Shown piece after piece: positions 1-10,481 of a stretch of 64,000 nt of DNA. The stretch is from Gemmatimonadaceae bacterium. GTDB lineage: Bacteria; Gemmatimonadota; Gemmatimonadetes; Gemmatimonadales; Gemmatimonadaceae. Within the stretch, counting starts at the first letter, position 1. The number at the start of each line of letters is the position of its first letter. A model generated the notes under the pieces. The model searched no databases, was not told where the DNA came from, and saw only the letters and a list, made by a program, of their open reading frames with translations. Both the position numbers and the translations under genes were made by a program. The stretch lies in the NCBI GenBank assembly GCA_051859245.1, contig JBHYGA010000004.1, positions 224,001-288,000 on the forward strand. The letters are read 5' to 3'.

Positions 1-128
1 GGGTGATATTCATGATCGAGGCGGGCCGGGAGGAAGGAGAGATCGCTGTAATGTCCACTCGGACAACCTGAGAGTCCAGTGCGGTTGCCCTCTCGTAGGC
101 AAGAGCCCGAAGATTGACATTGTCCACT

Positions 129-725
129 ATGGATACGCTATACTCGCTGGAAGATCGGTTCTTCGAGATTGCGATCGATTTGCTCTGCAAACTCGATTTC
201 AACGGACACTTCGCGCGTCTCAGTCCCTCGTGGGAGACCACCCTCGGCTTCACCCGCGCCGAGCTGATGTCCAAACCGTTCATCGAGTTTGTGCACCCCG
301 ATGATCGGGAGCGGACGCTCGAGCAGAATCGCCGTGTGCGGTCGGGCGAACGAGCGCTGGCGTTCGAGAACCGCTATCTGTGCAAGGACGGCTCATATCG
401 ATGGCTGCACTGGAATGCGGCGCCGTCCAATGCGGAGCGTACGATCTACTCGGTGGCACGCGACGTCACCGCACGCAAGCAGGCCGAAGAAGAGCGAGAG
501 CAGCTGGTTCGCGATCTGCAGAATGCGTTGCGCGAGGTGAGTGCGCTACAGTCCATCATTCCCATCTGTTCGTATTGCAAGAACATCCGCGACGATGCCG
601 ACTACTGGCACAGCGTCGAGAGCTATTTTGCGGAGCACTCCAACGCGCGCTTCAGCCACGGCATTTGCCCGAGCTGTATGGAGAGCGAAGTCGAACCGCA
701 ATTCGCCGCGCGAAAGCCGGACTGA
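129..725 (+). CDS. PAS-domain protein with C-terminal Cys/His putative Zn-binding domain
   Basis: PAS/PAC motifs (FVHPDDRERT, ENRYLCKDGSYRWL, ARDVT), a coiled coil, then IPICSYCK...FSHGICPSC. ATG at 129 preferred over TTG at 114. Confidence 0.85.
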   Translation: MDTLYSLEDRFFEIAIDLLCKLDFNGHFARLSPSWETTLGFTRAELMSKPFIEFVHPDDRERTLEQNRRVRSGERALAFENRYLCKDGSYRWLHWNAAPSNAERTIYSVARDVTARKQAEEEREQLVRDLQNALREVSALQSIIPICSYCKNIRDDADYWHSVESYFAEHSNARFSHGICPSCMESEVEPQFAARKPD

Positions 726-746
726 CAAGCGCGCGTTTGCCTGGCG

Positions 747-1085
747 TCACGCGCCATCGACTGCCTTGATCACCGTGCTGGCCCCGTTCGATTGCACCGA
801 GGCAATGCCATTGTCTCGGCTGGCCTTGGTGTGATACATCTGGCTCACACCAATCACGTGATTATTGCCAGCCCTGAGGTTGAAGTAGCTGCGCCCGTCG
901 GCTGCCTCTTTGCGATCAAAACGCTCGTCGAGAGGACTGTTCTTCTGCACGGATGCAATGCCGTTTTCCGCGGCCGCTCTGGATTCGTATTGCTCGCTGC
1001 GCAAAATGGTTTCCGCGTTACCCGCCTTCAGCACAAAGTTGTACTGCCCCTTCTCGTTCTTGCTCAGCTCGTACCAACCCGACAT
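747..1085 (-). CDS. yegP: YegP/UPF0339 (DUF1508) family protein
   Basis: Tandem DUF1508 repeats: FVLKAGNAETILRSEQY...NGIASVQ and FNLRAGNNHVIGVSQMY...NGIASVQ. Confidence 0.9.
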   Translation of the reverse strand: MSGWYELSKNEKGQYNFVLKAGNAETILRSEQYESRAAAENGIASVQKNSPLDERFDRKEAADGRSYFNLRAGNNHVIGVSQMYHTKASRDNGIASVQSNGASTVIKAVDGA

Positions 1086-1186
1086 ACCGCCTCCTGCGTC
1101 AGCGTAAATCAGACGCGCTCCTCACGGCGAAGCACATGGTGCTTCGCTAATATTCGGCCGTGTCTTCTTTCTCGATAGCCCTCGCC

Positions 1187-1465
1187 ATGATCGCGCAAGC
1201 CGCGCCGGCACGCTCGTACTCGGGCGCTGGTCCAGCCAAGGCGATTGTCATGCTGAGCCTGGTGGCTGTGCTCTATTTTGTGCCCACCGTGTTCGCGTTC
1301 CTGCGAGGACGCCGCCGCAAGTGGCGGATTGCTGCCATCAACCTGTTCCTCGGTTGGACATTCATTGGCTGGATTGTGTCCATGCTGATGAATTACGCGT
1401 ATGAAGCGCCGCCCGACGGAACGCCCGAAGACACCGAACGCATGCCCGGAACAGCGCGAGAATAG
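1187..1465 (+). CDS. Superinfection immunity (T4 Imm-like) small membrane protein
   Basis: Signature LYFVPT...INLFLGWTFIGW. Start uncertain (GTG 1160 or ATG 1187). Confidence 0.8.
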   Translation: MIAQAAPARSYSGAGPAKAIVMLSLVAVLYFVPTVFAFLRGRRRKWRIAAINLFLGWTFIGWIVSMLMNYAYEAPPDGTPEDTERMPGTARE

Positions 1466-1528
1466 CCGGCGCACGGGTATGGCGCACGTACATGGCCGAC
1501 GCGCACGGCGGACCCTAGCTTCTCTGAC

Positions 1529-3178
1529 ATGGCCATTCATCCGACCGCCGGCACACGCCCCTCGGCGCACGAACTGATCGATCTTTCGGCGCTCCACGAC
1601 GCGTATTTCGCGCGTCATCCCGATCCCGCCAACCCGATGGAACGGGTCGCGTTTGGCACGTCGGGACATCGTGGCTCCGCGCTCCTCACCTCGTTCAACG
1701 AATCGCACATTCTCGCCATCACGCAGGCGATCTGTGAGTACCGACGCGCGCAGGGTATTGGCGGACCGCTCTTTCTTGGCGCGGACACACACGCGCTCTC
1801 GACGCCAGCACACGAGACTGCGCTTGAGGTACTCGCCGCAAATGGTGTGCTCGTGATGATCGCGCCACCGGGTGACTTCGTCCCAACACCGGCGGTGTCG
1901 CACGCCATTCTTTCGTACAATCGCGAGCGCACGCGAGACCTTGCCGACGGCATCGTGATTACACCATCACATAACCCGCCGGCCGACGGCGGATTCAAAT
2001 ACAATCCGCCGCACGGTGGCCCGGCTGACAGTGATGCAACGCGCGCGATTGAAACGCGCGCGAACGAACTGCTGGCCAATCAGCTTCGCGCTGTCACTCG
2101 TGTTCCGATTGCCATCGCACGTTCGGCCGAGACGACACGTGTGTACGACTACCGCCGTGCCTACGTAGACGACCTCGCGTCCGTGTTGGATCTTGATGTC
2201 ATTCGTGATGCCCCCATCACGATTGCGGTTCACCCCCTGGGCGGCGCCGGCGTGTACTACTGGCAGGACATCGCCGATCGCTATCGTCTTCCGCTCACGG
2301 TGCTTGATACCAGAGTCGACGCGACCTTCGGCTTCATGACGCGCGACTGGGATGGCAAGATCCGCATGGATCCGTCATCGCCGTATGCCATGGCGAGCGT
2401 GCTTGAACATCGCGATGCGTTTCACGTCACCGTCGCAGCCGACACCGATCATGATCGCCACGGCATTGTAACCCGCAGCAACGGGTTGCTCGCACCCAAT
2501 CACTACCTCGCCGTGTGCATTGACTATTTGCTGGCGCACCGACCGCAGTGGGGCGCACAGATTGCCCTTGGAAAGACCGTGGTCAGCAGCAGTTTGATTG
2601 ATCGCGTGTGCGCGGCGCATCAACGCGCAGTATATGAGGTGCCAGTTGGCTTCAAGTGGTTTGTTGAGGGACTCGTGAACGGCACGCTCGGCTTTGTGGG
2701 CGAAGAGAGCGCGGGTGCCACATTTCTTCGCCACGACGCATCGGTCTGGACCACCGACAAAGATGGTATCATCGCATGCCTGCTCGCCGCCGAAATCACG
2801 GCGCGCACTGGGCGTGATCCGGGCGAGCGCTACACGCAGCTCGCCTCGCAACTCGGTGAGCCGGTGTACGCGCGCATCGATGCGGCGGCCAACAGTGCGC
2901 AGAAGAAAGCGCTTGGGAAACTCACGGCCCATGATATCGTGGCAACGCAACTCGCCGGCGACGCCATCACATCAGTCCTCACACATGCCCCGGGCAACAA
3001 GGCCGCAATCGGTGGCGTGAAAGTGAACACGGCCCACGGCTGGTTTGCCGCGCGCCCGTCCGGCACCGAAGATGTATACAAGATCTACGCGGAAAGTTTT
3101 CGCAGCGAAGCGCATCTTGCGCAAATCCAGCAGGAAGCGCAGTCACTGGTGGACAGCGTGATTTCACAGGCGCTCTAA
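1529..3178 (+). CDS. pgm: Phosphoglucomutase (alpha-D-glucose-1,6-bisphosphate dependent)
   Basis: FGTSGHRG, catalytic ITPSHNP, metal loop DTDHDRHG, GEESAG, RPSGTED; 549 aa. Confidence 0.96.
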   Translation: MAIHPTAGTRPSAHELIDLSALHDAYFARHPDPANPMERVAFGTSGHRGSALLTSFNESHILAITQAICEYRRAQGIGGPLFLGADTHALSTPAHETALEVLAANGVLVMIAPPGDFVPTPAVSHAILSYNRERTRDLADGIVITPSHNPPADGGFKYNPPHGGPADSDATRAIETRANELLANQLRAVTRVPIAIARSAETTRVYDYRRAYVDDLASVLDLDVIRDAPITIAVHPLGGAGVYYWQDIADRYRLPLTVLDTRVDATFGFMTRDWDGKIRMDPSSPYAMASVLEHRDAFHVTVAADTDHDRHGIVTRSNGLLAPNHYLAVCIDYLLAHRPQWGAQIALGKTVVSSSLIDRVCAAHQRAVYEVPVGFKWFVEGLVNGTLGFVGEESAGATFLRHDASVWTTDKDGIIACLLAAEITARTGRDPGERYTQLASQLGEPVYARIDAAANSAQKKALGKLTAHDIVATQLAGDAITSVLTHAPGNKAAIGGVKVNTAHGWFAARPSGTEDVYKIYAESFRSEAHLAQIQQEAQSLVDSVISQAL

Positions 3179-3216
3179 AAGCACGTGCTTCTCTTGCTCT
3201 GTTCGCCCGACCTTGG

Positions 3217-3975
3217 CTACCGCTCTCGATAAAGACGTTGTGGATCGGCGCTTGCCAGTTGCACACAGTGTTCGGCAATGCGCTGCACTGCCTGCGCCAT
3301 AAAGCGCTCACCCTTCTCTGCAGTAGCGGCTCGCGGATTGCCCACACCGGTGTCGGCGCTTACTTGCGTCCAGCGTCGTGGCATCCAGGCCCAACCTTCA
3401 CGCACGCCGTCAAACACACTGTCGCGCGTCGCGCCATCGCCCCACGTGTCAGGCGATGCCACGAGCTCCGGTGCGACGTGCAACATGGCCGCCGTTTCCA
3501 ACTCGCCCGCGTGATCGCCGGCGCTGTCGAAGCTCTCGTGATCACCCGCTTGCCACCAATTCACAATGGAGAGGAGCAACGGTGCCGTGGGGTGCAGCTC
3601 ACGCACGAGGGCACGCAGCTCGTTGCCACCGTGTGCATTCAGCAACACGAGGGCACGCACATTGTGATGCGCCAGACTGTGCATGATGTCACGCAGCACA
3701 AGTAGTTGCGTACTCGGCATCACACTCAGCGTCATCGGAATGTCGAGCTGTGTGGTATTCACACCGAACGGCATGGCCGGCAATGCCAACACACCGACAT
3801 CACGCGCTGCGCACACCGTCGCGACCCGCGCTGCGACTTCACGACCCAGTATCGTGTCTGTGCCGTAGGGCAGATGTGTGTTGTGCGCTTCCGTCGCTCC
3901 CCACGGCATCACCGCCACCGGCCACGTGCCTTGGCGGAGTTGTGGCCATTGCATCAGTTCGAGCACGCGACTCAT
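3217..3975 (-). CDS. Creatininase family amidohydrolase
   Basis: GATEAHNTHLPYGTD, NAHGGN, DHAGELET. Start moved to ATG at 3975. Confidence 0.9.
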   Translation of the reverse strand: MSRVLELMQWPQLRQGTWPVAVMPWGATEAHNTHLPYGTDTILGREVAARVATVCAARDVGVLALPAMPFGVNTTQLDIPMTLSVMPSTQLLVLRDIMHSLAHHNVRALVLLNAHGGNELRALVRELHPTAPLLLSIVNWWQAGDHESFDSAGDHAGELETAAMLHVAPELVASPDTWGDGATRDSVFDGVREGWAWMPRRWTQVSADTGVGNPRAATAEKGERFMAQAVQRIAEHCVQLASADPQRLYRER

Positions 3976-4003
3976 CGCGCACACTCCGCGGCGCGCGGCG
4001 CGG

Positions 4004-5752
4004 TCATTTGCGCGTTGCCACTGGCACGGTGGTCGCGGCGGAACCCGCCAATCGTGTGGTGTCTGCCCAACCGGTCCAACCAGGCCCGCGCACCACTTGT
4101 CCGGGCTTCGCGCCGGTATGCACACCATCGCGCACCACCGAAACGCCGTTCACGAACACATGCTGCATGCCAACCGCTAACTGATGTGGCTGTTCAAACG
4201 TGGCGCGGTCGCCCACGGAGTCCGCGTTGAAGACCGCAATGTCGGCATGGAATCCCGGTGCCAACTTGCCGCGTCGACGCAGTCCCAGATGTTCGGCCGG
4301 CATCGCACTCAAGCGCCGCACCGCTTCCTCGAGCGTGATCAGCTTTTCTTCACGCACATACGTGCCGAGTACGCGCGCGAAGTTGCCATACGCACGCGGA
4401 TGCGGATTGGACTTGAGGAACGGACCCTCTGGTGCGAGCGCACCACCGTCACTGCCAAAACTCATGAACGGCAACTGCACCTGTAGGCGCACATTGTCTT
4501 CGTTCATGAGAAAGTAGACCGTGCCGACGCGCGAACCGTCCCGAATCACCAGCTCCATGGCCGCTTCTTCCGGTGTCAGCTTCATCTCGGTAGCGACGGC
4601 CGCCAAGGTCTTGCCGGTGTGTCGCTTGAGTGAGTCGGCCTTGAAGCCAATCAGAATCACACGCTCCGGCGATCCGGCGAGCAGCAGCAGGTTCTCCCAC
4701 GCGTTCGTCGGCGTCTTCATTTCCTGCACCACTTTGCGACGTACAGCGGGGTCGCGCATACGTGCGGCCCACGCTTCGTAGCAGCCTTCCTGCACCCACG
4801 GCGGCATGGCCGCATCGAGGCCGGTGGCACCCGCAGTATACGTATACATGTCGGTGGTAATGCGAATGCCTTCGGCGCGGGCCGCTTCAATGCGCGCAAT
4901 CACCGCATCAAGCTTGTTCCAGTTCTCGGCGCCGGCCTGCTTGAGATGATAGATCTCAGCAGGCGCGCCGGATTCGCGTGCGATGCGAATAAGCTCGTCT
5001 ACCGCTTCCAGCAGCTGATTGGCCTCACTGCGCAGATGGCTGATATACATGCCCTTGTATTCCGCCGCCGCTTTCATGAGTGCAATCAACTCCTCCGTTT
5101 TCGCATAAAACGCCGGCGCGTAAATCAGCGACGAGCCAACGCCAAGCGCACCCTCACGCATGGCAGAGCGCACCAGCTCCTGCATGCGCAGCAGCTCTTC
5201 GGCGGTTGGCGCACGGTTCTCGTATCCGAGTTCATGCACGCGCACGGTGGTCGCGCCAATAAAGGACGCCACGTTCACGCTGACGCCTTTGCGCACCATG
5301 TGTTCGAGGTACTGCGCGAGTGTTGTCCACTGCACATCAAAGCGGAGATCACCCTGTTCGGCGATCATCTCCTTGCGCATCGAGTCGTTGATGGGGCCCA
5401 TGGACGAGCCCTCGCCAAACACTTCCAGCGTGACGCCTTGCATGACATCACTCAAACCGCGTCCATCGTACAAGAGACTTTCGGTGCCCCACGACAACAT
5501 GTTCACAAAGCCCGGTGCAACCGCCAGTCCTGTCACATTGACTTCGGTGGTACCGCGTCGGTTGCCGATATCTCCAACCGCAACGATCGAATCGCCCACA
5601 ATGGCCACATCTCCAACGATCGGTGCATTCCCACTGCCATCGTAGATGGTCCCACCACGAAGCACGAGATCCACCGGCTCGGGTCGTGCACACGCGACAA
5701 ACGCGGCGATCGCGCCTGTGCACAGCAACAGGTGAGTCAGACTTTTTCGCAT
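4004..5752 (-). CDS. N-acyl-D-amino-acid deacylase (amidohydrolase), lipoprotein-type signal
   Basis: VAPGFVNMLSW, YISHLRSE, FGSDG, HPRAYGNFARVL; N-terminal FVAC lipobox. Confidence 0.9.
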   Translation of the reverse strand: MRKSLTHLLLCTGAIAAFVACARPEPVDLVLRGGTIYDGSGNAPIVGDVAIVGDSIVAVGDIGNRRGTTEVNVTGLAVAPGFVNMLSWGTESLLYDGRGLSDVMQGVTLEVFGEGSSMGPINDSMRKEMIAEQGDLRFDVQWTTLAQYLEHMVRKGVSVNVASFIGATTVRVHELGYENRAPTAEELLRMQELVRSAMREGALGVGSSLIYAPAFYAKTEELIALMKAAAEYKGMYISHLRSEANQLLEAVDELIRIARESGAPAEIYHLKQAGAENWNKLDAVIARIEAARAEGIRITTDMYTYTAGATGLDAAMPPWVQEGCYEAWAARMRDPAVRRKVVQEMKTPTNAWENLLLLAGSPERVILIGFKADSLKRHTGKTLAAVATEMKLTPEEAAMELVIRDGSRVGTVYFLMNEDNVRLQVQLPFMSFGSDGGALAPEGPFLKSNPHPRAYGNFARVLGTYVREEKLITLEEAVRRLSAMPAEHLGLRRRGKLAPGFHADIAVFNADSVGDRATFEQPHQLAVGMQHVFVNGVSVVRDGVHTGAKPGQVVRGPGWTGWADTTRLAGSAATTVPVATRK

Positions 5753-5816
5753 ACGACAGTGGGCGACGGGGAGTGTGCAACGTTAGCACCGCACGCAGGG
5801 CGCAACGGCGGCAAGA

Positions 5817-8795
5817 CTACGGTAACAATGTTCGGCGTTCAATGGCGAGCCGGTGGCCACGCGCGGCCGCGGCGCCCGCTTGATCACCCAACTGTGTGGC
5901 AAGACGCTCTTCCGACTGCAGTGCACTGCGAAGATAGACCGTTCCGGCGCCGTGCAACGGACGGCGGCGCGCTGCAGCCAACGCACTCGCCGGTTCCAGT
6001 GCGCGTTCGTGCAGGCGGGCCGCCAGCAGGTTGCCCATCATGAACGTGCGAAACAGTCGACTGCGCGACGTTTCCATGGGTCGTGGCCCTGTTTGCAGCA
6101 CGCTATCAAGCGGCGCCAAGCGCGCGGGATCAATAATCGCCTCAAGCGCGAGGGCGCACCATGAGTTCTGCGAGGCCGTTTCGACGCCGTCCTGTGAGGG
6201 CGTGCTGGCGCGCAACAACGCAATGGCCGAACGCGCACCGGCCGCGAGTGCCGCGTTCACCCCAGCGTCACTTGTCTCGCCACGGGGCGCACTGGCCTTC
6301 TGCAACCGCCACTGCCACACCGTGCACATATCCGCGTACTGCTCGGCTCGATCGTCAACGTTCTTCGCCAGCGGTGCATCCGCATACGGCATCAGCGCGT
6401 TCGCCGACCGCGACCCGGCGGCGGCATCACCGCCACCGTATATGGCGTCTTCCACTTGCAGACGTTGCCAGGCGCGTGAACCATTGCGCAGTCGACGCAT
6501 GGAATCCGTGACCGCCAACGCGCCCGCCGCGTCACCACGATTGAGCAACAGATCGTGCACACGCAGCAGCGCAAACCAGCGCAGTTCTGGCGTGCGGTGC
6601 GCTGCGAGCCAACCGGCAGCGGCAGAATCCGCATCGTCTCCGGGCACACCATCAAGCTGCGCCGCGACCACAATGCGTCGCAGCGATTCCGGACTCATAC
6701 GCTGCATGCGCGAACGCAGTGCGCGTAGCGACACCGAATCGCCGAGCGCACTCGCCATGCGCCAACGAAGAAAGTCGAGCGTTTCCGCCGAAAGGTTGGT
6801 GGCTGTGTACAGCGCGCTTGTTCGTTCGAGTTGCTCGCGATCACCGTTGCGCGCCGCGATCTCCACCATATGAAAGAGCGCCGGTGCGAACGCCGAATCG
6901 AGCGCCAGCGAGCGATTGAACGCCGTCGCGGCACGTTCCTGCGCATCTCGCAGGCCCATCATTGCGCCGGCGTGATACAACTGATCGCCGTACTCGTACC
7001 ACGCCTCTGGCAGATCGGGCGCAACACCAACCGCCCGCTCCCACGCGGACAGCACCTCGAGCTCTGACGAGTATCCGGGATAGCGAGGACCCACCAGACC
7101 CGCCAGCAACGCACGATCCCGAGCCGGCAAGCGCGATTGCAGTTCCCATGCGCGGTGTCCGGCGTACGCAATATCGGGGCTCCCGATCCACCCGGCAGCA
7201 AGTCGCAATCCGAGTGCAGCGAGCGCAAAACTACTATCGGCGGCCAACGCACTCTTGAAATGCTCGACCGATTCCTGATATCGCGCTTCGCGATACGATG
7301 CGCGTCCGGCGAGATACGCGCGAAGCGCAACAAAGGACGTGCTGGTCACAGCTTCCAGTCGCTGTACGCCTTCGCCCGCGCCCAACGCGAGTAGCTGCGC
7401 CGCGAGCTGGTCCACCAGATGCGGCAGCGAATCAGCGGGGCCCACCACAGACACGCGCGACGACGTGCGGACACCATCGGTGGATTCGAGCGAGGCGCTC
7501 AGCACAAGTCGTGATGGCGTGCCAACGACACTGCCGAGCAGAAGTCGACCAGCGCCGAGGCCGCGCGCCATCTCGCGCGCCGCTTCCGGCTGCAGATCAC
7601 GCGCTTCGTCGCCGGCCGCACGACGAAAGGCGCTCATCACCGCGCGTGGATCGATCGACGCCGGAAACCCTTCGCCTGACATCTTTGCCGCGAGCAAATC
7701 GAGCATGCCTTCGCGCAAGTACGATAAGGACGCATCGGCGCCATTCACGCGAAACGGCATCACGACGATTGCGCGCGCGTCAAGCGCGGTGGCCTTCTGA
7801 GATCGCCAAAGCGCGCCGAACAGCCCAGCGACCACCAGCAGCGCCGCGCCAAACCACAGCGCGTGCAGACGGCGCTTTTTGTGGGCGACCGGTCGCACAC
7901 CGGTGCGCCACGAGGTGAGTTTGGAAGCCGTTGCAGTGTATTCCCCTGACGTGACTTCAAACGGCGCGAGTGCAGCCGCAAATTCGCCCGCCGATTGAAA
8001 CCGATTGGCTGGGTTCTTTTCCAGTGCGTGGTGCAACACATCGTCCAGCGCGTCTGGAATATCCTTTCGCAGCGAGACCAGGGAACGCACAGGACTGCTC
8101 GCATGGGCGGAGAGTACTTCCACGAACGATCGACCCGGAAACACCGGTTCACCGATCAACAGCTCAAAGAGCAGGCAGCCGAGACTATACACATCGGAGC
8201 GGCCGTCGAGCTCGGTCAGACCACTCGCCTGCTCAGGGCTCATGTAGTGCGCCGTGCCAACCGTGAGGCCGACCTGCGTGATGCGCGTGTCCAGCGACGC
8301 CGACGACGACACCGCGCGCGCAATACCAAAATCGGCCACGAGCGCGTCGTTACCCGCGAGGAGAATATTCTCGGGTTTGATGTCGCGGTGCACCACGCCG
8401 CGTGAGTGGGCGTAGTGCAGCGCCTCCGCTACTTGTCGCGCCAGGCGTACCGCTTCGCCCACCGGCAATCGCGTTTCGCGAACCAGCCGGTGTCGCAGCG
8501 TTTCGCCTTCGACAAACGGCATCACGTAGTACAGCGAGCCACCCGCTTCGCCGGAATCATGCAGCGGCAGGATGTGCGGGTGCGTGAGTGCCGCGACAAT
8601 CCGGATTTCGCGAAGGAACCGTTCCCGCTCCGGCCCCTGCGTAATACCACCGTGCAACACCTTCACGGCCACAGAGCGTCCGTGACGATGATCGGTGGCG
8701 AGGAAGACGGTGGCCATGCCCCCGCGCCCGATTTCCCGCACCACCGAGTACCGCTCCCCGAGGATCGTTTGGATATCGGGCTCGACGTGCGTCAT
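5817..8795 (-). CDS. Ser/Thr protein kinase with TM segment and TolB-N-like/TPR-like C-terminal region
   Basis: IGRGGMATV, VAVK, HRDIKPEN, DFG, YMSPEQ; hydrophobic segment, then helical repeats. ATG at 8795 preferred. Confidence 0.92.
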   Translation of the reverse strand: MTHVEPDIQTILGERYSVVREIGRGGMATVFLATDHRHGRSVAVKVLHGGITQGPERERFLREIRIVAALTHPHILPLHDSGEAGGSLYYVMPFVEGETLRHRLVRETRLPVGEAVRLARQVAEALHYAHSRGVVHRDIKPENILLAGNDALVADFGIARAVSSSASLDTRITQVGLTVGTAHYMSPEQASGLTELDGRSDVYSLGCLLFELLIGEPVFPGRSFVEVLSAHASSPVRSLVSLRKDIPDALDDVLHHALEKNPANRFQSAGEFAAALAPFEVTSGEYTATASKLTSWRTGVRPVAHKKRRLHALWFGAALLVVAGLFGALWRSQKATALDARAIVVMPFRVNGADASLSYLREGMLDLLAAKMSGEGFPASIDPRAVMSAFRRAAGDEARDLQPEAAREMARGLGAGRLLLGSVVGTPSRLVLSASLESTDGVRTSSRVSVVGPADSLPHLVDQLAAQLLALGAGEGVQRLEAVTSTSFVALRAYLAGRASYREARYQESVEHFKSALAADSSFALAALGLRLAAGWIGSPDIAYAGHRAWELQSRLPARDRALLAGLVGPRYPGYSSELEVLSAWERAVGVAPDLPEAWYEYGDQLYHAGAMMGLRDAQERAATAFNRSLALDSAFAPALFHMVEIAARNGDREQLERTSALYTATNLSAETLDFLRWRMASALGDSVSLRALRSRMQRMSPESLRRIVVAAQLDGVPGDDADSAAAGWLAAHRTPELRWFALLRVHDLLLNRGDAAGALAVTDSMRRLRNGSRAWQRLQVEDAIYGGGDAAAGSRSANALMPYADAPLAKNVDDRAEQYADMCTVWQWRLQKASAPRGETSDAGVNAALAAGARSAIALLRASTPSQDGVETASQNSWCALALEAIIDPARLAPLDSVLQTGPRPMETSRSRLFRTFMMGNLLAARLHERALEPASALAAARRRPLHGAGTVYLRSALQSEERLATQLGDQAGAAAARGHRLAIERRTLLP

Positions 8796-9147
8796 GAACC
8801 AGCGTGCTCGGACAGGGGAGGAGGGGAACCGGACCGCTTCAACTTGGAGCGCAACCAGAGGACTGGCCAGAGTAACGAGCTGGGCCGCAGCGATCAAATT
8901 TGCTATTTGGACCGGAAGCGACTAGTCTATACCTCAGCGATACACGTGTTTTGAATACGTGGACAAGTTCCGAATGACACGGGCCTGCCAAAGCGAGCGG
9001 GCCCTTTTTTATTGTATCGCAGCTACCGAGTGGTGGCGACCGTCGTGAGGGTGATCACGAGTACGAGTTGGTCGGTTTCGTTTTGCATCCGGTTGAAAGG
9101 CCGAGCTCCGACTTACCGCAGGACACTACAGTTTTCAGGAGTTTGCA

Positions 9148-9360
9148 ATGCGTACGACCGGCACAGTTAAGTGGTTCAACGACGCGAAGGGCTTTGGCTT
9201 CATCACCCCCGCCAATGGCTCCAAGGATTGCTTCGTGCACCACTCTGCCATCCAGGCCGACGGCTTCAAGTCGTTGTCCGAAGGCGAGAGCGTTGAGTTC
9301 GACATCGTGCAGGGCCAGAAGGGTCCCGCCGCTGAGAACGTCACGCGGATGGGTCGCTGA
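9148..9360 (+). CDS. cspA: Cold-shock protein (CspA family)
   Basis: GTVKWFN, RNP1 KGFGFI, RNP2 CFVH; AGGAG RBS upstream. The exact paralogue name is uncertain. Confidence 0.96.
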   Translation: MRTTGTVKWFNDAKGFGFITPANGSKDCFVHHSAIQADGFKSLSEGESVEFDIVQGQKGPAAENVTRMGR

Positions 9361-9379
9361 CCCGGGCAGTTCGCCCTCT

Positions 9380-9462
9380 CGTCACGCACGTGTCGCTTCG
9401 CGCGACACGTGCATGACGTAACGGAGCGCCGTGTGATCGGATATCTTCCGGCACACGGCGCT
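9380..9462 (+). terminator. Two tandem GC-rich hairpins downstream of the cold-shock gene (putative terminator or stability element)
   Basis: GCACGTGTCGC/GCGACACGTGC stem within 9380-9418 and AGCGCCGTGTG/CACACGGCGCT stem at 9425-9462; only a short T run follows. Confidence 0.55.
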
Positions 9463-9493
9463 TTGGCGTTTCACGTTCATTTGGGGTACTACC

Positions 9494-10039
9494 GTGATTG
9501 AAAATGCTCCTGAACAGCCCGCTGCAGACATTCGTGATCCAATGTCGCGGCAGGCTTTTCTTTCGTCACACCGGGCGCTTGCCGTGTGCTCGCGTGAGTT
9601 CGCCCGTCTTTCAGACGAACTGATTGCGGCGGCCAAGGTTTTCGCCCGCGAACATGATCTCGACGTACCCACCGTTCGCAAAGCGCCCGAGCGCTGCATT
9701 GTGCAGCTGGGTCCGGTGGCGCTGACCGTGGCCTGGTTGCGCAATGGCAGTGATTCACCGGCGGCCGGAGAGCTGCTGGCCATCGTGTGGCGTGGCATCA
9801 TCGCACCGCGCGGCGACCACATGCCCGAGCGCCTCGGCGCCCGTCATGTGCCGCCCGTACCTGTGCAGGTGTGGGAAGAAACGCTCGTTCCGTCAGCCAC
9901 CAGCGAAGCGTCCTGGCACTGGCATCCTGTCGATCTCACGCGCGAAGGGTACGCGTCACCCGAGCTGGCCGCGCGCTGCCTGGATCAGCTCCGCGCTGCG
10001 CTCGATGCCATGCCACCAATCGCGCCCGTCGCGTCGTAA
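9494..10039 (+). CDS. Hypothetical protein
   Basis: 181-aa ORF filling the gap with plausible composition; no motif recognised. Confidence 0.7.
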   Translation: MIENAPEQPAADIRDPMSRQAFLSSHRALAVCSREFARLSDELIAAAKVFAREHDLDVPTVRKAPERCIVQLGPVALTVAWLRNGSDSPAAGELLAIVWRGIIAPRGDHMPERLGARHVPPVPVQVWEETLVPSATSEASWHWHPVDLTREGYASPELAARCLDQLRAALDAMPPIAPVAS

Positions 10040-10070
10040 CTCCGGAACAACCACGCCAGCCGCAGCCTGA

Positions 10071-10478
10071 CTACTGCGGCTGGACGTGTCCCGGATCCAT
10101 CCACATCGGTTCCCAGATGTGTCCGTCAGGATCCCGGAAGGAATGCGAGTACATGAAGCCGTGATCCTGCGGCGGCATCGACTCCGAACCGCCGCTCGAG
10201 AGCGCCGTCGCCATCATGGCTTGTACCGCTTCGCGGCTGTCGCACGATAGTGCGAGCAACATCTGCACCGTTTCGCGCGCATCGGCAATCGGCTTATTGA
10301 TAAATGTCGCGAAGAACGGCTCGACCAGCAGCATCACGTAAATGGTTTCGCTCAGCACCATGCACGCCGCGTTGTGATCGCTGAACTGCGGATTCACGGT
10401 GAATCCAAGCGCCGTGTAGAACGACTTGGCGCGATCGAGATCACGCACGGGAAGATTCACAAAAATCATGCGGCTCAT
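10071..10478 (-). CDS. VOC/glyoxalase family protein
   Basis: MIFVNLPVRDL, FYTALGF, DHGFMY..SFRDPDGHIWE. Confidence 0.92.
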   Translation of the reverse strand: MSRMIFVNLPVRDLDRAKSFYTALGFTVNPQFSDHNAACMVLSETIYVMLLVEPFFATFINKPIADARETVQMLLALSCDSREAVQAMMATALSSGGSESMPPQDHGFMYSHSFRDPDGHIWEPMWMDPGHVQPQ

Positions 10479-10481
10479 CGA

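Noticed and set aside
1..13. Possible start of a minus-strand gene (ATG AAT ATC ACC) at the window edge
   Set aside because: Only four codons are visible, which is not enough to support a call.
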